From Squalus acanthias (taxonomy: Eukaryota): a stretch of 64,000 bases of DNA. This document shows, piece by piece, positions 48,635 through 62,062 of this stretch. Numbering within the stretch: position 1 is the first letter of the stretch; each line of letters begins with the position of its first letter. Both the position numbers and the translations under genes were made by a program. A model generated the notes under the pieces. The model made no database searches. It worked only from the letters and a program-made list of their open reading frames with translations, and was not told the DNA's origin. The DNA is taken from contig CM059432.1 of NCBI GenBank assembly GCA_030390025.1, positions 60,576,001 through 60,640,000 on the forward strand, read 5' to 3'.

Positions 48635-51600
48635 ATAGAATCATAGATAGAATCATAAAAAGTTACAGCACAGAAGGAGGCCATTTCGGCCCATCGTGTC
48701 CGTGCCGGCCAACAAAGAGCTATCCTGCCTAATCCCACTTCCCAGCTCTTGGTCCGTGGCCCTGCAGGTTAGAGCATCCCAAGTGCACATCCAAGTACTT
48801 TTTAAATGTGGTTAGGGTCCCTGCCTCTACCACCCTTTAAGACAGTGAGTTCCAGACCCCCACAACCCTCTGGGTGAAGAAATTTCCCCTCAAATCCCCT
48901 CTAAACCTTCCCCCAATTACTTTAAATCTGTGTCCCCTGGTTTTTGACCCCTCTGCTAAGGGAAATAGGTCCTTTCTATCCACTTTATCTATGCCCCTCA
49001 TAATTTTATACACCTCAATAAGGTCTCCCCTCAGCCTCCTCTGTTCCAAGGAAAACAGACCCAGCCTATCCAGTCTTTCCTCATAGCTAAGATTCTCTAC
49101 TCCCGGCAACATCCTTGTAAATCTCCTCTGTACCCTCTCTCGTGCAATCACATCTTTCCTGTAATGTGGTGACCAGAACTGCACGCAGTACTCTAGCTGA
49201 GGCCTAACTAGTGTTTTATACAGTTGAAGCATAACCCCCCTGCTCTTGTATTCTATGCCACGGCTAATAAAGGCAAGCATTCCGTATGCTTTCTTAACCA
49301 CCATATCTACTTGGCCTGCTACCTTCAGGGATCTGTGGACATGCACTCCAAGGTCCCTTTGTTCCTCTACACTACTCAGTGTTCTACCATTTAATGTGTA
49401 TTCCCTTTCCTTGTTAGCCCTCCCCAAATGCATTACCTCACACTTCTCCGGATGGAATTCCATTTGCCAGTGTTGTGCCCACCTGACCAATTTATTGATA
49501 TCTTCCTGCAGTCTACATCGTCCTTCTTCAGTATCAACCACACAGCCGATTTTAGTATCATCTGCAAACTTCTTAATCATACCCCCTATATTCAAGTCAA
49601 GATCATTGATATATACCACAAAAAGCAAGGGACCTAGTACTGAGCCCTGCGGAACCCCACTGGAAACAGCCTTCCAGTCACAAAAACACCCCTCTGCTTC
49701 CTGTCTCTGAGCCAGTTTTGAATCCAATTTGACACTTTGCCCTGGATCCCATGGGCTTTTAACTTTGTGACCAGTCTGCCATATGGAACCTTATCAAAAG
49801 CCTTGCTAAAGTCCATATACACTACATCAAATGCACTACCCTCATCTACCCTCCTTGTTACCTCCTCAAAAAATTCAATCAAGTTTGTCAGACATGACCT
49901 TCCCTTAACAAATCCGTGCTGACTATCCTTGATTAATCTGTGTCTTTCTAAATGAAGATTTATCCTGTCCTTCAGAATTCTTTCCAATAATTTTCCCACC
50001 ACCGAGGTTAGGCTGACTGGCCTGTAATTACTCGGTCTATCCTTTTCTCCCTTTTTAAACACGGGTACCACATTAGCAGCCCTCCAGCACCACACCTTAA
50101 GCCAGAGAGGATTGAAAAATGATGGTCAGGGCCTCTGCTATTTCCTCTTTTGCTTCGCTTAACAGCCTGGGATACATTTCATCCGGGCCTGGGGATTTAT
50201 CCACTTTTAAAGCTGCTAAACCCCTTAATACTTCCTCTCTCACTATGTTTATTTCATCTAATATTTCACACTCCTCCCCCCACCCCCGATAGCAATGTCT
50301 GCTTCGCCCCTCTCCTTTGTGAAAACAGATGCAAAGTATTCATTAAGAACCCTACTGACGTCTCCCGCCTCCACACACACATTACCCTCATGATCTCTAA
50401 TAGGCCCTACCCTTTCTTTAGTTATCCTCTTACTCTTAATATATTTCTGAAACATCTTTGGGTTTTCCTTGATTTTTCTTCCCAAGAATTTTTCATGCTC
50501 TCTCTTTGCTTTCCTAATATCATTTTTAATTGCACCCTTGCACTTTCTGTACTCCTCTAAAGATTCTGGGGTTTTTAGCCCTCGGTATCTGTCATATGCC
50601 TCCCTTTTTTTCTTTATCCTATCCTGCATGTCTCTAGACATCCAGGGGGCTCTAGATTTGTTAGTCCCACCTTTTTTCTTTAAGGGCACATGTTTGGTCT
50701 GAACCCTCCGGATCTCGTCCTTGAATGCCTCCCACTGCTCTGACACTGATTTACCTTCAAGTAGCTGTTTCCAGTCCACTATGGCTAAATCCCCTCTGAG
50801 CTTAGCAAAATTTGCTTTTCCCCAATTTAGAATTTTTATTCCTGGTCTATCCTTGTCCTTTTCCATAACTACCTTAAATCTAACAGAATTATGGTCACTA
50901 GCACCAAAATGCTCCCCCACTGATACTTCTACCTGCCCAGCTTCATTCCCTAAAACTAAGTCCAGAACCGCCCCCTCCCTTGTTGGGCTTGCTACATGCT
51001 GGCTAAAAAAGTTCTCCTGGATGCATTTTAGGAATTCTGCACCTTCTGTACCCTTCACTCTAATTTTATCCCAGTTAATATTGGGGTAGTTGAAATCCCC
51101 TACTATTACTGCCCTATAGTTTTTGCACATCTCAGAAATTTGTCTACCTATTTGTTCTTCTATCTCCCTCTCACTGTTTGGGGGTCTGTAGTACACTCCC
51201 AGCAGTGTGATCGCCCCTTTTTTGTTTTTCAATTCGACCCATATGGCCTCGTTTGATGATCCCTCCAACATATCATCCCTCCTCACAGCTGTAATAGTTT
51301 CTTCAATCAATACCGTGACCCCCCCCTTCCGTTTTACCTCCCTCTCTTATCCCGTCTGAAAATCCTGTAACCAGGAATGTTGAGCTGCCATACCTGCCCT
51401 TCTTTCAGCCACGTCTCTGTAATAGCTATAATATCATAGTCCCAAGTATCTACCTGTGCCCTCAGCTCATCTGCCTTGTTCGATATACTCCTTGCATTGA
51501 AGTATATACCATTTAGTACAGACAAACCTCCTTGTTGACTACTATCTAGCCCTTGATTCCTCTGTCCTTCCAATTTACTTTCTACGTTTTTCTTTTCCAA

Positions 51601-52898
51601 TTCCAGTTTTTCTTCCCTCCCTATTGACTCTATACTTAGGCTCCCATCCCCCTGCCAAGCTAGTTTAAACCCTCCCCAACAGCACTAGCAAACCCTCCCG
51701 CGCGGATATTGGTCCCATTCCCGTTGAGGTGCAACCCGTCTGGCTTGTAGAGGTCCCACCTCCCCCAGAAACTGTTCCAATTCCTCAGGAATCTAAAGCC
51801 CTCCCTCCTACACCATCTCTCCAGCCACGCATTCATCTGCTCTATCTTCCTATTTCTGAACTCACTAGCACGTGGCACTGGTCATAATCCGGAGATTACT
51901 ACCTTTGAGGTCCTGCTTTTTAACCTCTTTCCTAGCTCCCTAAACTCTGCCTGCAGGACCTCATCCCTCTTCCGACCTATGTCGTTGGTACCGATATGGA
52001 CCACGACCTCTGGCTATTCACCCTCCCCCCTCAGAATGCCCTGCAGCCGTTCAGTGACATCCTTGACCCTGGAACCAGGGAGGCAACATACCATCCTGGA
52101 GTCACGTCTGCAGCCGCAGAAACGCCTGTCTGCTCCCCTAACTATTGAATCCCCTATCACTATTGCTCTCCCTCTCCTCTTCCCCCCCCCCCTCCGCCTG
52201 TGCAGCTGAGCCTTCCATGGTGCTGTGGACTTGGCTCTGGCTGCACTCCCCAGAGGAACCATCGCCCTCACCAGTACTCAGCACCGAATACTGGTTGGTG
52301 AGCAAGATGGGCTCAAGGGACTCCTGCACTACCCGCCTGGTGGTCCTCTTCTGTCTGACGGTCACTCGTTCCCTCTCTGCCTGCACACTCTCAAGCTGCG
52401 GGGTGACCACCTCCCGAAACGTGCTATCCACGTAGCTCTCAGCCTCGCGGATGCACAGCAGTGACTGCAGCCGCCACTGAAGCTCCGAGCTGCTGTAGCT
52501 GGTGACACTTCCCGCACATGTGATCATCCAGACCACGGGAGGTGTCCAGGACTTCCCACATGGCACAGGATGTGCATTCCACGGGTGTGAGCTGCCCTGT
52601 CATACCTCTAATTAACCTCTAATTTACTAAACTAGCTGGAAAAAACTTAAAAACTTTAAGAAAGCTAACTAAAAACACTTACCAGATACTCACCAATCAG
52701 TTCCCTCCCCTTGTGCCGATGTCACTTTTGAATTCTGACGTCACTCTTTGAAAATTCTGCCGGTGCTGCTCCTCCCGGGTCCGCTCTGCCGCCGCTGCTG
52801 CTGCTGTGGGGCCTACCTGCGCCTCAGGCTCTCTTTATACCGCCGCTGCCACCTCGCCACTCCTCCCGGGTCCGCTCTGCCGCCGCCGCTGCTGCTGT
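48635..52898 (-). mobile_element. Essentially full-length CR1 (ORF1 Zn-finger + SGNH-esterase-like; ORF2 APE + RT), with frameshifts
   Basis: IVIGDSIVRG...CCLPG...[54 protein letters not shown]; 3' microsatellite; gtca at both junctions. Confidence 0.93.
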
Positions 52899-53589
52899 CA
52901 CCTGCCCTAATTTCTCCTTATGTGGCTCAGTGTCACATTTTTTGTCTTGTAATACTCCTGTGAAGTGCCTTGGGATGTTTTACTAAAGGTGCTATATAAA
53001 TACAAGTTGTTGTTGTTGGCACCATATTGTTTGATACTCCTGTGGACTGCATCTAGCAACATTTTCTGTGAATGTACTGTAAATGTGTTTTGTGTCATTT
53101 AGTAGGGTTTACCATTACAGGCAGTACTCTGTTCAATAGATTCCAGAATTTTAAAGTGAATGTTTTATTCTGATGCCATCGTTCTTCTTCTAATCTAAAT
53201 TTTGAAGTATAGTTTTTACCTAATTTATATTATAGTGTCATTTTACGAGGTCTTTACATTTACACTGGGTACAGTGAGTTTTATTATATTCGTCAAGAGC
53301 TATTTCACAAAGTTTTGGCTCAGTTTACTGGACTAATAAAAAAGCCCTGTGGTATATCGATTGAACTACACGGGCAGTTGTAGTTTTTCTTTCAATAGCA
53401 ACTTTCATTTACAGTATATAGCGCTTTTAATCTAAAAAATTTCCCAAGGCACTTCACAAATAGATGCAAGGAAAACAGATGCCATGTCAAATAGAGGGAC
53501 GAGGAGGGGTGATTGAAAGCTTGGTCAAAGAGATGAATCTTGAGAAGGTTTTAAAGGTGGAGATTGATGTGGCGAGGCAGAGGATTAAA

Positions 53590-53935
53590 AAAACAGGAAA
53601 CACGCCTCCAACCTGCCCACTTCCGGTATAACGGAGACGGGTCGGGGGGGTGGGCGACCAATTCGCTTTCAGGAGGCGGGTCGATCAGTGAAATATTTTA
53701 AGGAGGCTGCGTGCCTCCATTTTAACCAATGTTTTACTTTTAACTTCTGTAGGTTGGGTTTCCCGGGATTCGGGAAACACCCAAATCAAAGGAGGCGAGA
53801 AGGGCCAGATCCATGAGGTCAGTGCCTTTACTGCACTGCTTGTGGGCCAGGAGGAGCAGGAGTGCTTCCCCCGCCGGCCCACCAAGCTTACCTTTTAAAC
53901 ACCCCGTGATCGGCTGACTCCCGAACACAGCTGCA
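53590..53935. repeat. GC-rich fragment resembling the Harbinger-type MITEs
   Basis: Shares cgcctcc/gaggcggg and tgaggtcagtg-type motifs with 45510-46307; no termini recognised. Confidence 0.4.
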
Positions 53936-54099
53936 ACACACACTGGATAAAATTTGGGTGACCTGGTACCCCAATGTATCATGCAAGTTCATTTGGGGTG
54001 GGGTAGAATAAGGCAGTTGTGGAGAAATGCAGTGGTATTCATGGGTCTTGTTGTATGGATGGAACCATGCTTTATTCAGCAATGGTATAGAAAGTAAAA

Positions 54100-54551
54100 A
54101 GGCATCTTTCACGAACACTGGACGTCCCAAAGCGTTTTACAGCCAATTAAGTACTTTTCTTTTTCAAGTGCAGTCACTGTTGTAAAGTAAGAAATATGGC
54201 AGGCAATTTGCGCACAGCAAGCTCCCACAAACAGCAATGGGATAATGACCAGATAATCTGTTTTTTAATTATGTTGATTGAAGGATAAATATTGGCCAGG
54301 ATACTGGGAATAACTCCCCTGCCCTTTTTCAAAATAGTGCCGTGGGATCTTTTACATCCACCTGAGAGAGCAGACAGGGCCTCGGTTGACTATCTCATCT
54401 GAAAGCTGGCACGTCCAACAGTGCAGCACTCCCTCAGTACTGCACTGGAATGTCAGTCTAGATTTTTGTGCTCAAATCTCTGGAGTGGGTCTTGAACCCA
54501 CAACCTTCTGACTCAGAGGCGAGGGTGCTACCAACTGAGCCACGGCTGACA
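54100..54551 (-). mobile_element. DeuSINE-type SINE
   Basis: Reverse complement of 58499-58942. Confidence 0.88.
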
Positions 54552-54582
54552 CAATGGTATTGAGCACATGTGTTGATGATTG

Positions 54583-55798
54583 TAGTCATGGAAGTCTTGG
54601 TCCAAACATGGACAAAAGAGTTGAATTCCAGAGGTGAGATGAGAGTGAATGCCCTTGACATCAAGGCAGCATTTGACCGAGTGTGGCATCACCTCATAAA
54701 ATTGAAATCAAAGGGAATCAGGGGGGAAAACTCTCCACTGGCTGGAGTCATACCGAGCACAAAGCAAGATGGTTGTGGTTGTTGGAGGCCAATCATCTCA
54801 GCCCCAGGACATCACTGCAGGAGTTCCTCAGGGCAGTGTCCTAGGCCCAACCATCTCCAGCTGCTTCATCACTGATCTTCCCTCCATCATAAAGTCAGAA
54901 GTGGGGTGTTCGCTGATGATTGCACAGTGTTCAGTTCTAGTCGCAACTCCTCAGACAATGAAGCAGTCCATGCCCTCATGCAGCAAGACCTGGGCGACAT
55001 TCAGACTTGGGCTGATAAGTGGCAAGTAACATTCGCACCACACAATGACTATCACCAACAAGAGAGAGTCTAACCACCGCCCCTTAACAATCAACGGCAT
55101 TACCATCACCGAATCACCCACCATCAACATCCTGGGAGTCACCATTGACCAGAAACTTAACTGGACCAGCCACATAAATACTGTGGCTACAAGAGCAGGT
55201 CAGAGGCTGGGTATTCTGCGGCGTGTCTCACCCATGAGTCCCCAAAGCCTTTCCACCATCTACAAGGCACAAGTAAGGAGTGTGATGGAATACTCTCCAC
55301 TTGCCTGGATGAGTGCAGCTCCAACAACACTCAAGTAACTCAGCACCATCCAGGACAAAGCAGACGCTTGATTCGTACCCCAACACCATCATAAAGATTC
55401 ACTCCCTCCACCACCGGCGCACCATGACTGCAGTGTGTACCATTTACAAGATGCACTGCAGCAACTCACCTAGGCTTCTCCGAAAGCACCTCCCAAACCA
55501 GCGACCTCTACCACCTAGAAGGACAAGGGCAGCAGGTGCATGAGAACGCCATCACCTCCAAGTTTCCCTCCAAGTCACACAGCATCCTGACTTAAAAACA
55601 TATCGGTGTTCCTACATCGTCGCTGGGTCAAAATCCTGGAACTCCCTCCCTAACAGCACTGTGGGAGTACCTTCACCACATGGACTGCAGCGGTTCAAGA
55701 AGGCAGCTCACCCCCACCTTCTCAAGGGCAATTAGAGATGGACAATAATGCTTGCATTGCCAGTGACGCCCACATCTCTTGAATGAATTTAAAAAAAG
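54583..55798 (+). mobile_element. 5'-truncated LINE of a third CR1/L2-group family (Crack/Daphne-like, tentative)
   Basis: [48 protein letters not shown]; poly(A) tail. The same tail occurs at 27978-28032. Confidence 0.75.
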
Positions 55799-56004
55799 TT
55801 CTAGACAGCTAAAAGGGCTCAAAACAAACAAATCAACAGGGATAGTTGGTATTTATCCTAGATTCTGAAAGAGATTAGGAAGGAAACTTGTGATGCAGAA
55901 ACAGCCATTGTCACGGAGTGACTGGACACTGTGGATGTGCCAGTAAATTGGAAATGGAGGCACTGTAATGACCATTGGGGATAAAATCGACTCGGGCAAC
56001 TACA

Positions 56005-58378
56005 CACTGGTGGGAGTAGTTTTTAGGCCCCTAACAGTAGCTATACTGTTGGACAGAGTATTAATCAAGAAATAAGAGCGGCTTGTAACAAAGGTAATGC
56101 AATAATCGTGGGGGAATTTAATCTTCATATAGACGGGACAAATCAAATTGGCAAAAGTAGTTTGGAGGATGAGTTCATGGAATGCTTTCGAGACAGTTTC
56201 CTGGAACAATATGTCGTGGAACCAACCAGGGAAGAGTCTATTTTAGATATTGTCTTGTGTGATGAGACAGGGTTAATTAGTAATCTCGTAGTAAGGGATC
56301 CTCTGGGGAAGAGTGATCATAATATGATAGAAGTTCATTGAGTCTGAGCATGACGTACCTAAGTCAAAAACCAGAGTATTAAACTTAAATAAGGCCAGTT
56401 ACATAGGTATGAGAGGCAAGTTGGCTAAGGTTGATTGGGAAATTAGATTAAAAGGTATGATGGTAGATAAGCAATGGCAAACATTTAAAGAAATCTATCA
56501 TAATTCTCAATGAATATACATTCCATGAATATACATTCTGTTGAGAAATAAAAACTCCATGGGAAAAGTGATCCATCCATGGCTAACTAAGGATAGTATT
56601 AGATTAAAAGAAGAGTAGTAAGCCTGAGGATTGGGAGAGTTTTAGAAACCAGCAAAGGATGACCAGGAAAATTGATAAAGAGGGAGAAAATAGAATATGA
56701 GAGTAAACTAGCAAGAAATATAAGAGGAGTTTCTGAGAGCTTATACAAGTATGTAAAAAGGAAGAGAGTAGCGAAAATAAATGTGGGTCCCTTAGAGGCT
56801 GAGACAAGAGAAATTATAATGGGAACAAGGAAATGGCTGAGATGTTAAACAAATATTTTGTATCTTTCTTCACAGTAGAAAACACAAACAACATACCAGT
56901 GGGGAGCCAAGGGTCTAATGAGAGTGAGAAACTTAAAGTAATTAATATTAGTAAAGATAAAGTACTGGAGAAATTAATGGGACTAAAAGCTGACAAAACC
57001 CCAGAACTTGCATCCTCGGGCTCTAAAAGAGTTGACTGCAGAGATAGTGGATGCATTGGTTGCGATCTGCCAAAATTCCCCAGACTCTGGAATGGTCTCA
57101 GTGGCTTGGAAGATAGCAAATGTAACCCCGCTATTTAAGAAAGGAACGAGAGAGAAAATGGGGGACTACAGGCCAGTTAGCCTGACATCAGTCGTCGGGA
57201 AAATGCTGGAATCCGTTATTAAGGAAGTGGTAACAGGGCACTTAGAAAATCATATTGGGCCAGAAATTCGGCTGTTGTCGGGTGAGTACGCGTTGTGTAC
57301 TCACCTGTAAGGCCACCTGAAGTGCCGGTTTCCTGCATGCACTGCGCATGCGCGGGAAACCGGAACTTCCGTTCCCCTGAAGGGAGGGGTTCAGAAGTCG
57401 AACGCGTGCGTGGGAGAGGCTGCGCGCACGCAGCGAACTTCAGGTTTTTTTTCAGGTTTCTCCGGGAAGGTAAGTATGAAGAAGCTACGCTTTTAAAAAG
57501 GAGGCGCAAGGCCTGTTTTTAACAAGGTAAGTGGTTAATTAATTACAATCTAAAAAAATTTTCAACAGGTTTATCTTTTTTAGATACTTTAAAGATAGGT
57601 AAGTTTATTTTTAGCACCGTTAAAAAGTATAATTAATTTTTTCAAAAATTTACATTTTTGTTTAAAGTAGTTAATTTATTTAACTTATAGTTATTTTTAA
57701 AATGTGATGTTTTTTTAATTTATTTGAAGTTTAAGTGTGGTTTTGGGGCCGATCTCTATTCATAGATTTGACAGGTCTTCCTGTCAAATCTATGAATGAT
57801 CATGCCCTGCTAGGATTGGCTCTCCATGGCCCACGTGATCCCAGGGGACGCTTCGAACTAACTGCGCCCCTGGGATACACAAGCACTGCGCGCCGGCAGC
57901 TGCAGGAGGCCTAGGACCTGAAGTCCTCGTGGGCCCAAAGCACAACTGCAGACGCGGTAGGCAAGTACGCGCGCGATGCTTGCACCCGCAGGAAGCCTGA
58001 AAGCTGAATTTCTGGCCCAATATGATTAGGCAGAGTCGGCATGTTTTTATGAAAGGGAAACGTGTTTGACAAATTTATTAGAGTCTTTTGAGGATGTATC
58101 TAGCAGGGTAGATAAAGGAGAACCAGTGGATGTAGTATATTTGGATTTTCAAAAGGTATTCTATAAGGTGCCATATGAAAGGTTGCTGCACAAGATAAGG
58201 GCTCATGAGGTTGGGGGTAATATATTAGCATGGATAGAGGATTGGTTAACAGACAGAAAACAGAGAGTAGGAACAAACGGATTATTTGCACGTTGGCAGG
58301 CTTTTATTAGTGGGGTGCTGCAAGGATCAGTCCTGGTGCCTCAGCTATTTAAATCTATATCAATGACTTAGATGAAGA
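56005..58378 (+). mobile_element. CR1 ORF2 fragment (APE to RT) with nested MITE
   Basis: GEFN, SDHN, YRPVSLTSVVGK, LDFQK; similar to 24365-26079. Confidence 0.88.
57257..58018. mobile_element. Harbinger-type MITE (~762 bp), copy 2
   Basis: Perfect 13-bp TIR gggccagaaattc / gaatttctggccc; TSD att/aat; homologous to 7994-8757. Confidence 0.9.
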
Positions 58379-58498
58379 CACCGTCTTTTCAAACTACCCT
58401 CCCCTGCCTCCTCCTCCCTCACCTCCAACGATAAGTGCGAGGAGCTCATGGGCTTTTTTGTTGCAAAGATTGAGACCGTCCGTTCAGCTGCCTCTGCT

Positions 58499-58942
58499 GT
58501 GTCAGTCATGGCTCAGTTGGTAGCACCGTCACCTCTGAGTCAGAAGGTTGTGGAGTCACGTCCCACTCCAGAGACGTGAGCACAAAAATCTAGGCTGACA
58601 CTCCAGTGCACTGCTGAGGGAGTGCTGCACTGTCGGAGGTGCCGTCCTTTGGGTGAGACGTTAAACCAAGGCCCTGTCTGCTCTCTCAGGTGGACATAAA
58701 AGATCCCATGGCACTATTTCGAAGAAGAGCAGGGGAGTTCACCGCGGTGTCCTGGCCAATATTTATCCCTCAATCAACATCACTAAAACAGATTATCTGG
58801 TCATTATCAAATTGGCTGCCGCGTTTCCTACATTACAACAGTGACTACACTTTTTTAGTACTTCATTGGCTGTAAATTGCTTTGGGGCGTCTGGTGGTCG
58901 TGAAAGGCGCTATAGAAATGCAAGTCTGTCTTTCTTTTTCTT
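58499..58942 (+). mobile_element. Full-length DeuSINE-type (SacSINE1-like) SINE
   Basis: tRNA-like head (tggctcagttgg A box); central gggagtgctgcactgtcggaggtgccgtc...gacgttaaac...aaagatcccatggcact domain; L2-type tail. Confidence 0.85.
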
Positions 58943-60272
58943 TTGGGTCCCTCCCTTCCCCTAGCTCACCGGGCATAACTTCCTCTAAGGTTCCCTGCTG
59001 CCCTAACCCTGAATTTGCATATTTATCTAGTTTCTCTCCTATCTCCACTCATGCTTTCTGAGCTCATCTTGTCGATGAGACCCACTTCCTGCTCTCTCGA
59101 CTCTATTCCCAATAAACTACTGACCACCCAACTTCCCTTCCTGGCTCCCATGTTAGCTGATATTGTTAACGGTTCTCTCTCCTCCGGTACCGTCGCCCTC
59201 TCCAAATCTGCCGTCATCACCCCCTCCTCAAAAAACCAACCCGTGACCCTTCTGTCCTTGCAAGCTACCACCCAATCTCCAACCTCCCTTTCCTCTCAAG
59301 TCCTTGAACATGATTCACTTCCCAAATTCATGCCCATCTTTCCCAGAACTCCATGTTTGAATCCCTCCAATCAGGCTTCCGCCCAGATACAGTACCAAAA
59401 CGGCTCTTGCCAAAGTCACAAATGACATCCTAGTTGACTGTAACAAAAATCCCTCCTCATCCTTCTTGACCTGTCTGCAGCCCTTGACACAGTTGACCAC
59501 ACAATTCTGCTCCAACGCCTCTCCACTGTAGTCCAGCTGGGTGGGACTGCACTTGCCTGGTTCCATTCATATCTATCCAGTCGTAGCCTAAGAATCACCT
59601 GCAATGGCTTCTCTTCCCCCTCCTGCACAGTTACCTCTGGTGTGCCTCAAGGATCTATCCTTGGCCCCTTCCTATTTCTCATCTACATGCTGCCCTTGGT
59701 GACATCATCCGACAACACAGCGTCAGTTTCCACATATACGCTGACGATACCCAGCTCTACTTCATCTCCACCTCTCCCGACCCCTCCACTTTGTCTAAAC
59801 TGTCAGACGGCTTGTCCGACATCCAGTACTGGATGAGTAGAAATTTCCTCCAACTAAATATTGGGAAGACCAAAGCAACTGTCTTTGGTCCCCACCACAA
59901 ACTCCGTTCCCTTGCCACCGACTCCATCCCTCTCCCTGGCAACTGTCTGAGGCTGAACCAAACTGTTCGCAACCTTGGTGTTATATTTGACCCTGAGATT
60001 AGCTTCCTAACACATATCCGCGCCATCACGAAGACCGCCTATTTCCACCTCCGTAACACTGGCCGTCTCTGCCCTTACCTCAGTTTATTTGCTACTTAAA
60101 CCCTCATCCATGCCTTTGTTACCTCTAGAGACTATTCCAATGCACTCCTGGCCAGCCTCCCTTGTTCTACCCTCCATAAGCTGAGGTCGTCCAAAACACT
60201 GCCGCCCGTGTCCTAACTCGCACCAAGCCCCGATCGCCCATCTACCCTGTGCTCGCTGACCTACGTTGGCTC

Positions 60273-60428
60273 CAATGTTCCCTTTAAGCTGTGCAGCGCT
60301 CTGCAACTCCCGCGCAGCAGGCTCACCGGCTTTTAAATAGGAAAAGCCGCGCATGTGCGGTATTTTGAATGGGGCGTACAGCCCCTTAAAGAGGCCGTGC
60401 TTCCAAAAAAATATTAAAGAGAACATTG
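60273..60428. mobile_element. hAT-type MITE (156 bp)
   Basis: 15-bp TIR caatgttccctttaa / ttaaagagaacattg (1 mismatch); 8-bp TSD gttggctc / attggttc duplicating the L2 target. Confidence 0.85.
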
Positions 60429-60904
60429 ATTGGTTCCTGGTTAAGAAACGCATCAATTTTAAAATTCTCATCCTTGTTTTCAAGTTCCTCCATGGCCTCG
60501 CCCCTCCCTATCTCTAGACTCCTCCAGCCCCACAACCCTCCGAGATATCTGCGCTCCTCTAATTCTGGCCTCTTGAGCATCCCCGATTTTAATCACTCCA
60601 CCATTGGCGGCTGTGCCTTCCACTGCCTAGGTTCTAAGCTGTGGAATTCCCTCCCTAAACCTGTCTACCTCTCTTTCCTCCTAAGATGCTCCTTAAAACC
60701 TATGACCAAACTTTTGCTCATCTGCCCCAATATCTCCTTGTGTGGCTTGTTGTCAAATTTTGTTTGATAACGCTCCTGTGAAGCACCTTGGGACGTTTTA
60801 CTATGTTAAAGGCGCTATATAAATGCTAGTTCTTGTTGTAATGTATCCAAGTTTGCTGATGATACAAAGCTAGGTGGGAAGGTAAACTGTGAGGAGGACA
60901 CAAA

Positions 60905-62062
60905 GGCCGGAATTTTCTGTACCTGGGTGGGTCGGGTGGGTGCGGTCGCCATGGCAGGTCGCGACCCCGTTCTTCATACCATGCCGCTCCTGAGATCGAC
61001 TTTTCGTTAGTGGGGCCTATTAAGGCCACCCTGCGTGTTAGCCGGCCCTATTAAATGGTGCGGGTCTAATGACATCAGCGATGACGCGTTTTCAGCCGGG
61101 ATATTTAAAGGAGCCATGGCCACATTGCATTTGAAGGTTCATCTAGGAGTGTGCAAGCAGCACATTGCACAATTGGACTGCTACAAAGAGTGCCAAACAT
61201 GCCTGCACTGAGACAGAGGGCTGCACCCAGGTTCACCGATGACTCCCTCCATATGCTTGTGGAGGGAGTCAGAGCACGCAGGGAGGTCCTCTTCCCTTCC
61301 CATGGGCGGAAGAGACCTCCCCAGGAGACAAAAGGAGCCTGGCTCCAAATAGCAGAGGAGGTTAACAACAGGGATGTGGTCAGGAGGACCTGGGTGCAGT
61401 GCCGCAAACGTTTCAATGATCTCATTAGATCAGGAAAGGTGAGTGCAAAGCCACACTCAACTTCATCCTGCTGTGCCTCTCATCACATCGCCATCACTCT
61501 GGCATCCGAATCCTGCTCTTGCACATCCTTACTCACACCATCATACCTTGCACGCCCACCTATCCCTCTCTCTCTACATTATCACATCCCCATCTGACTA
61601 GCCACCCCTCACACTCACCCGCATCCTAATGCAATCATACCAACTAACAACACTCAAGGAGGCCACTTGGCATTGCCACCCCACTCCATCATAGTCACCC
61701 TCTACAGATGTAACCCATTCATTCCTTACACTCATTCCATCACTCTCACTCAACCTTCTCACTCAACCTTCTCTTTCCATCCTTGCAGGAAGAGAGCCCC
61801 ACAATGAGAGGGAGAGAACCGGAGGTGGCACTCCATCATTGGCCACCTTAACATCAGCAGAGAAGGCTGACTTGGAAGTCTCTGGAGTCTCCAAGCAGCT
61901 GGAGGTGGGAGACGGAGAGAGGGGGACATCTCGGCAACCTGGTGACAGAATTACATCTCATACAGTTACATGGCATACAGCAGTCACTCATATGGGGACT
62001 GATGTCAGCAGCCAGTGAATGTTCATCATGTGCATAATGGTATCTGTACCCATTATTCATAA
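60905..62062 (+). mobile_element. PIF/Harbinger left part with an intact Myb/SANT exon 1 (61199-61438)
   Basis: Starts ggccggaatttt; MPALRQRAAPRFTDDSLHMLV...AWLQIAEEV...RTWVQCRKRFND followed by gtgagt; next acceptor ccttgcag at ~61788. Confidence 0.82.

Larger units (their letters stand above)
45067..53016 (+). mobile_element. L2 LINE interrupted by a PLE (45442-47179) and a full-length CR1 (48635-52898)
   Basis: Segments 45067-45441, 47180-48634 and 52899-53016 join into a continuous L2 highly similar to 32600-33430 and onward. Confidence 0.88.
58380..60838 (+). mobile_element. L2 LINE with nested SINE and hAT MITE
   Basis: [27 protein letters not shown]2 tail. Confidence 0.85.
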
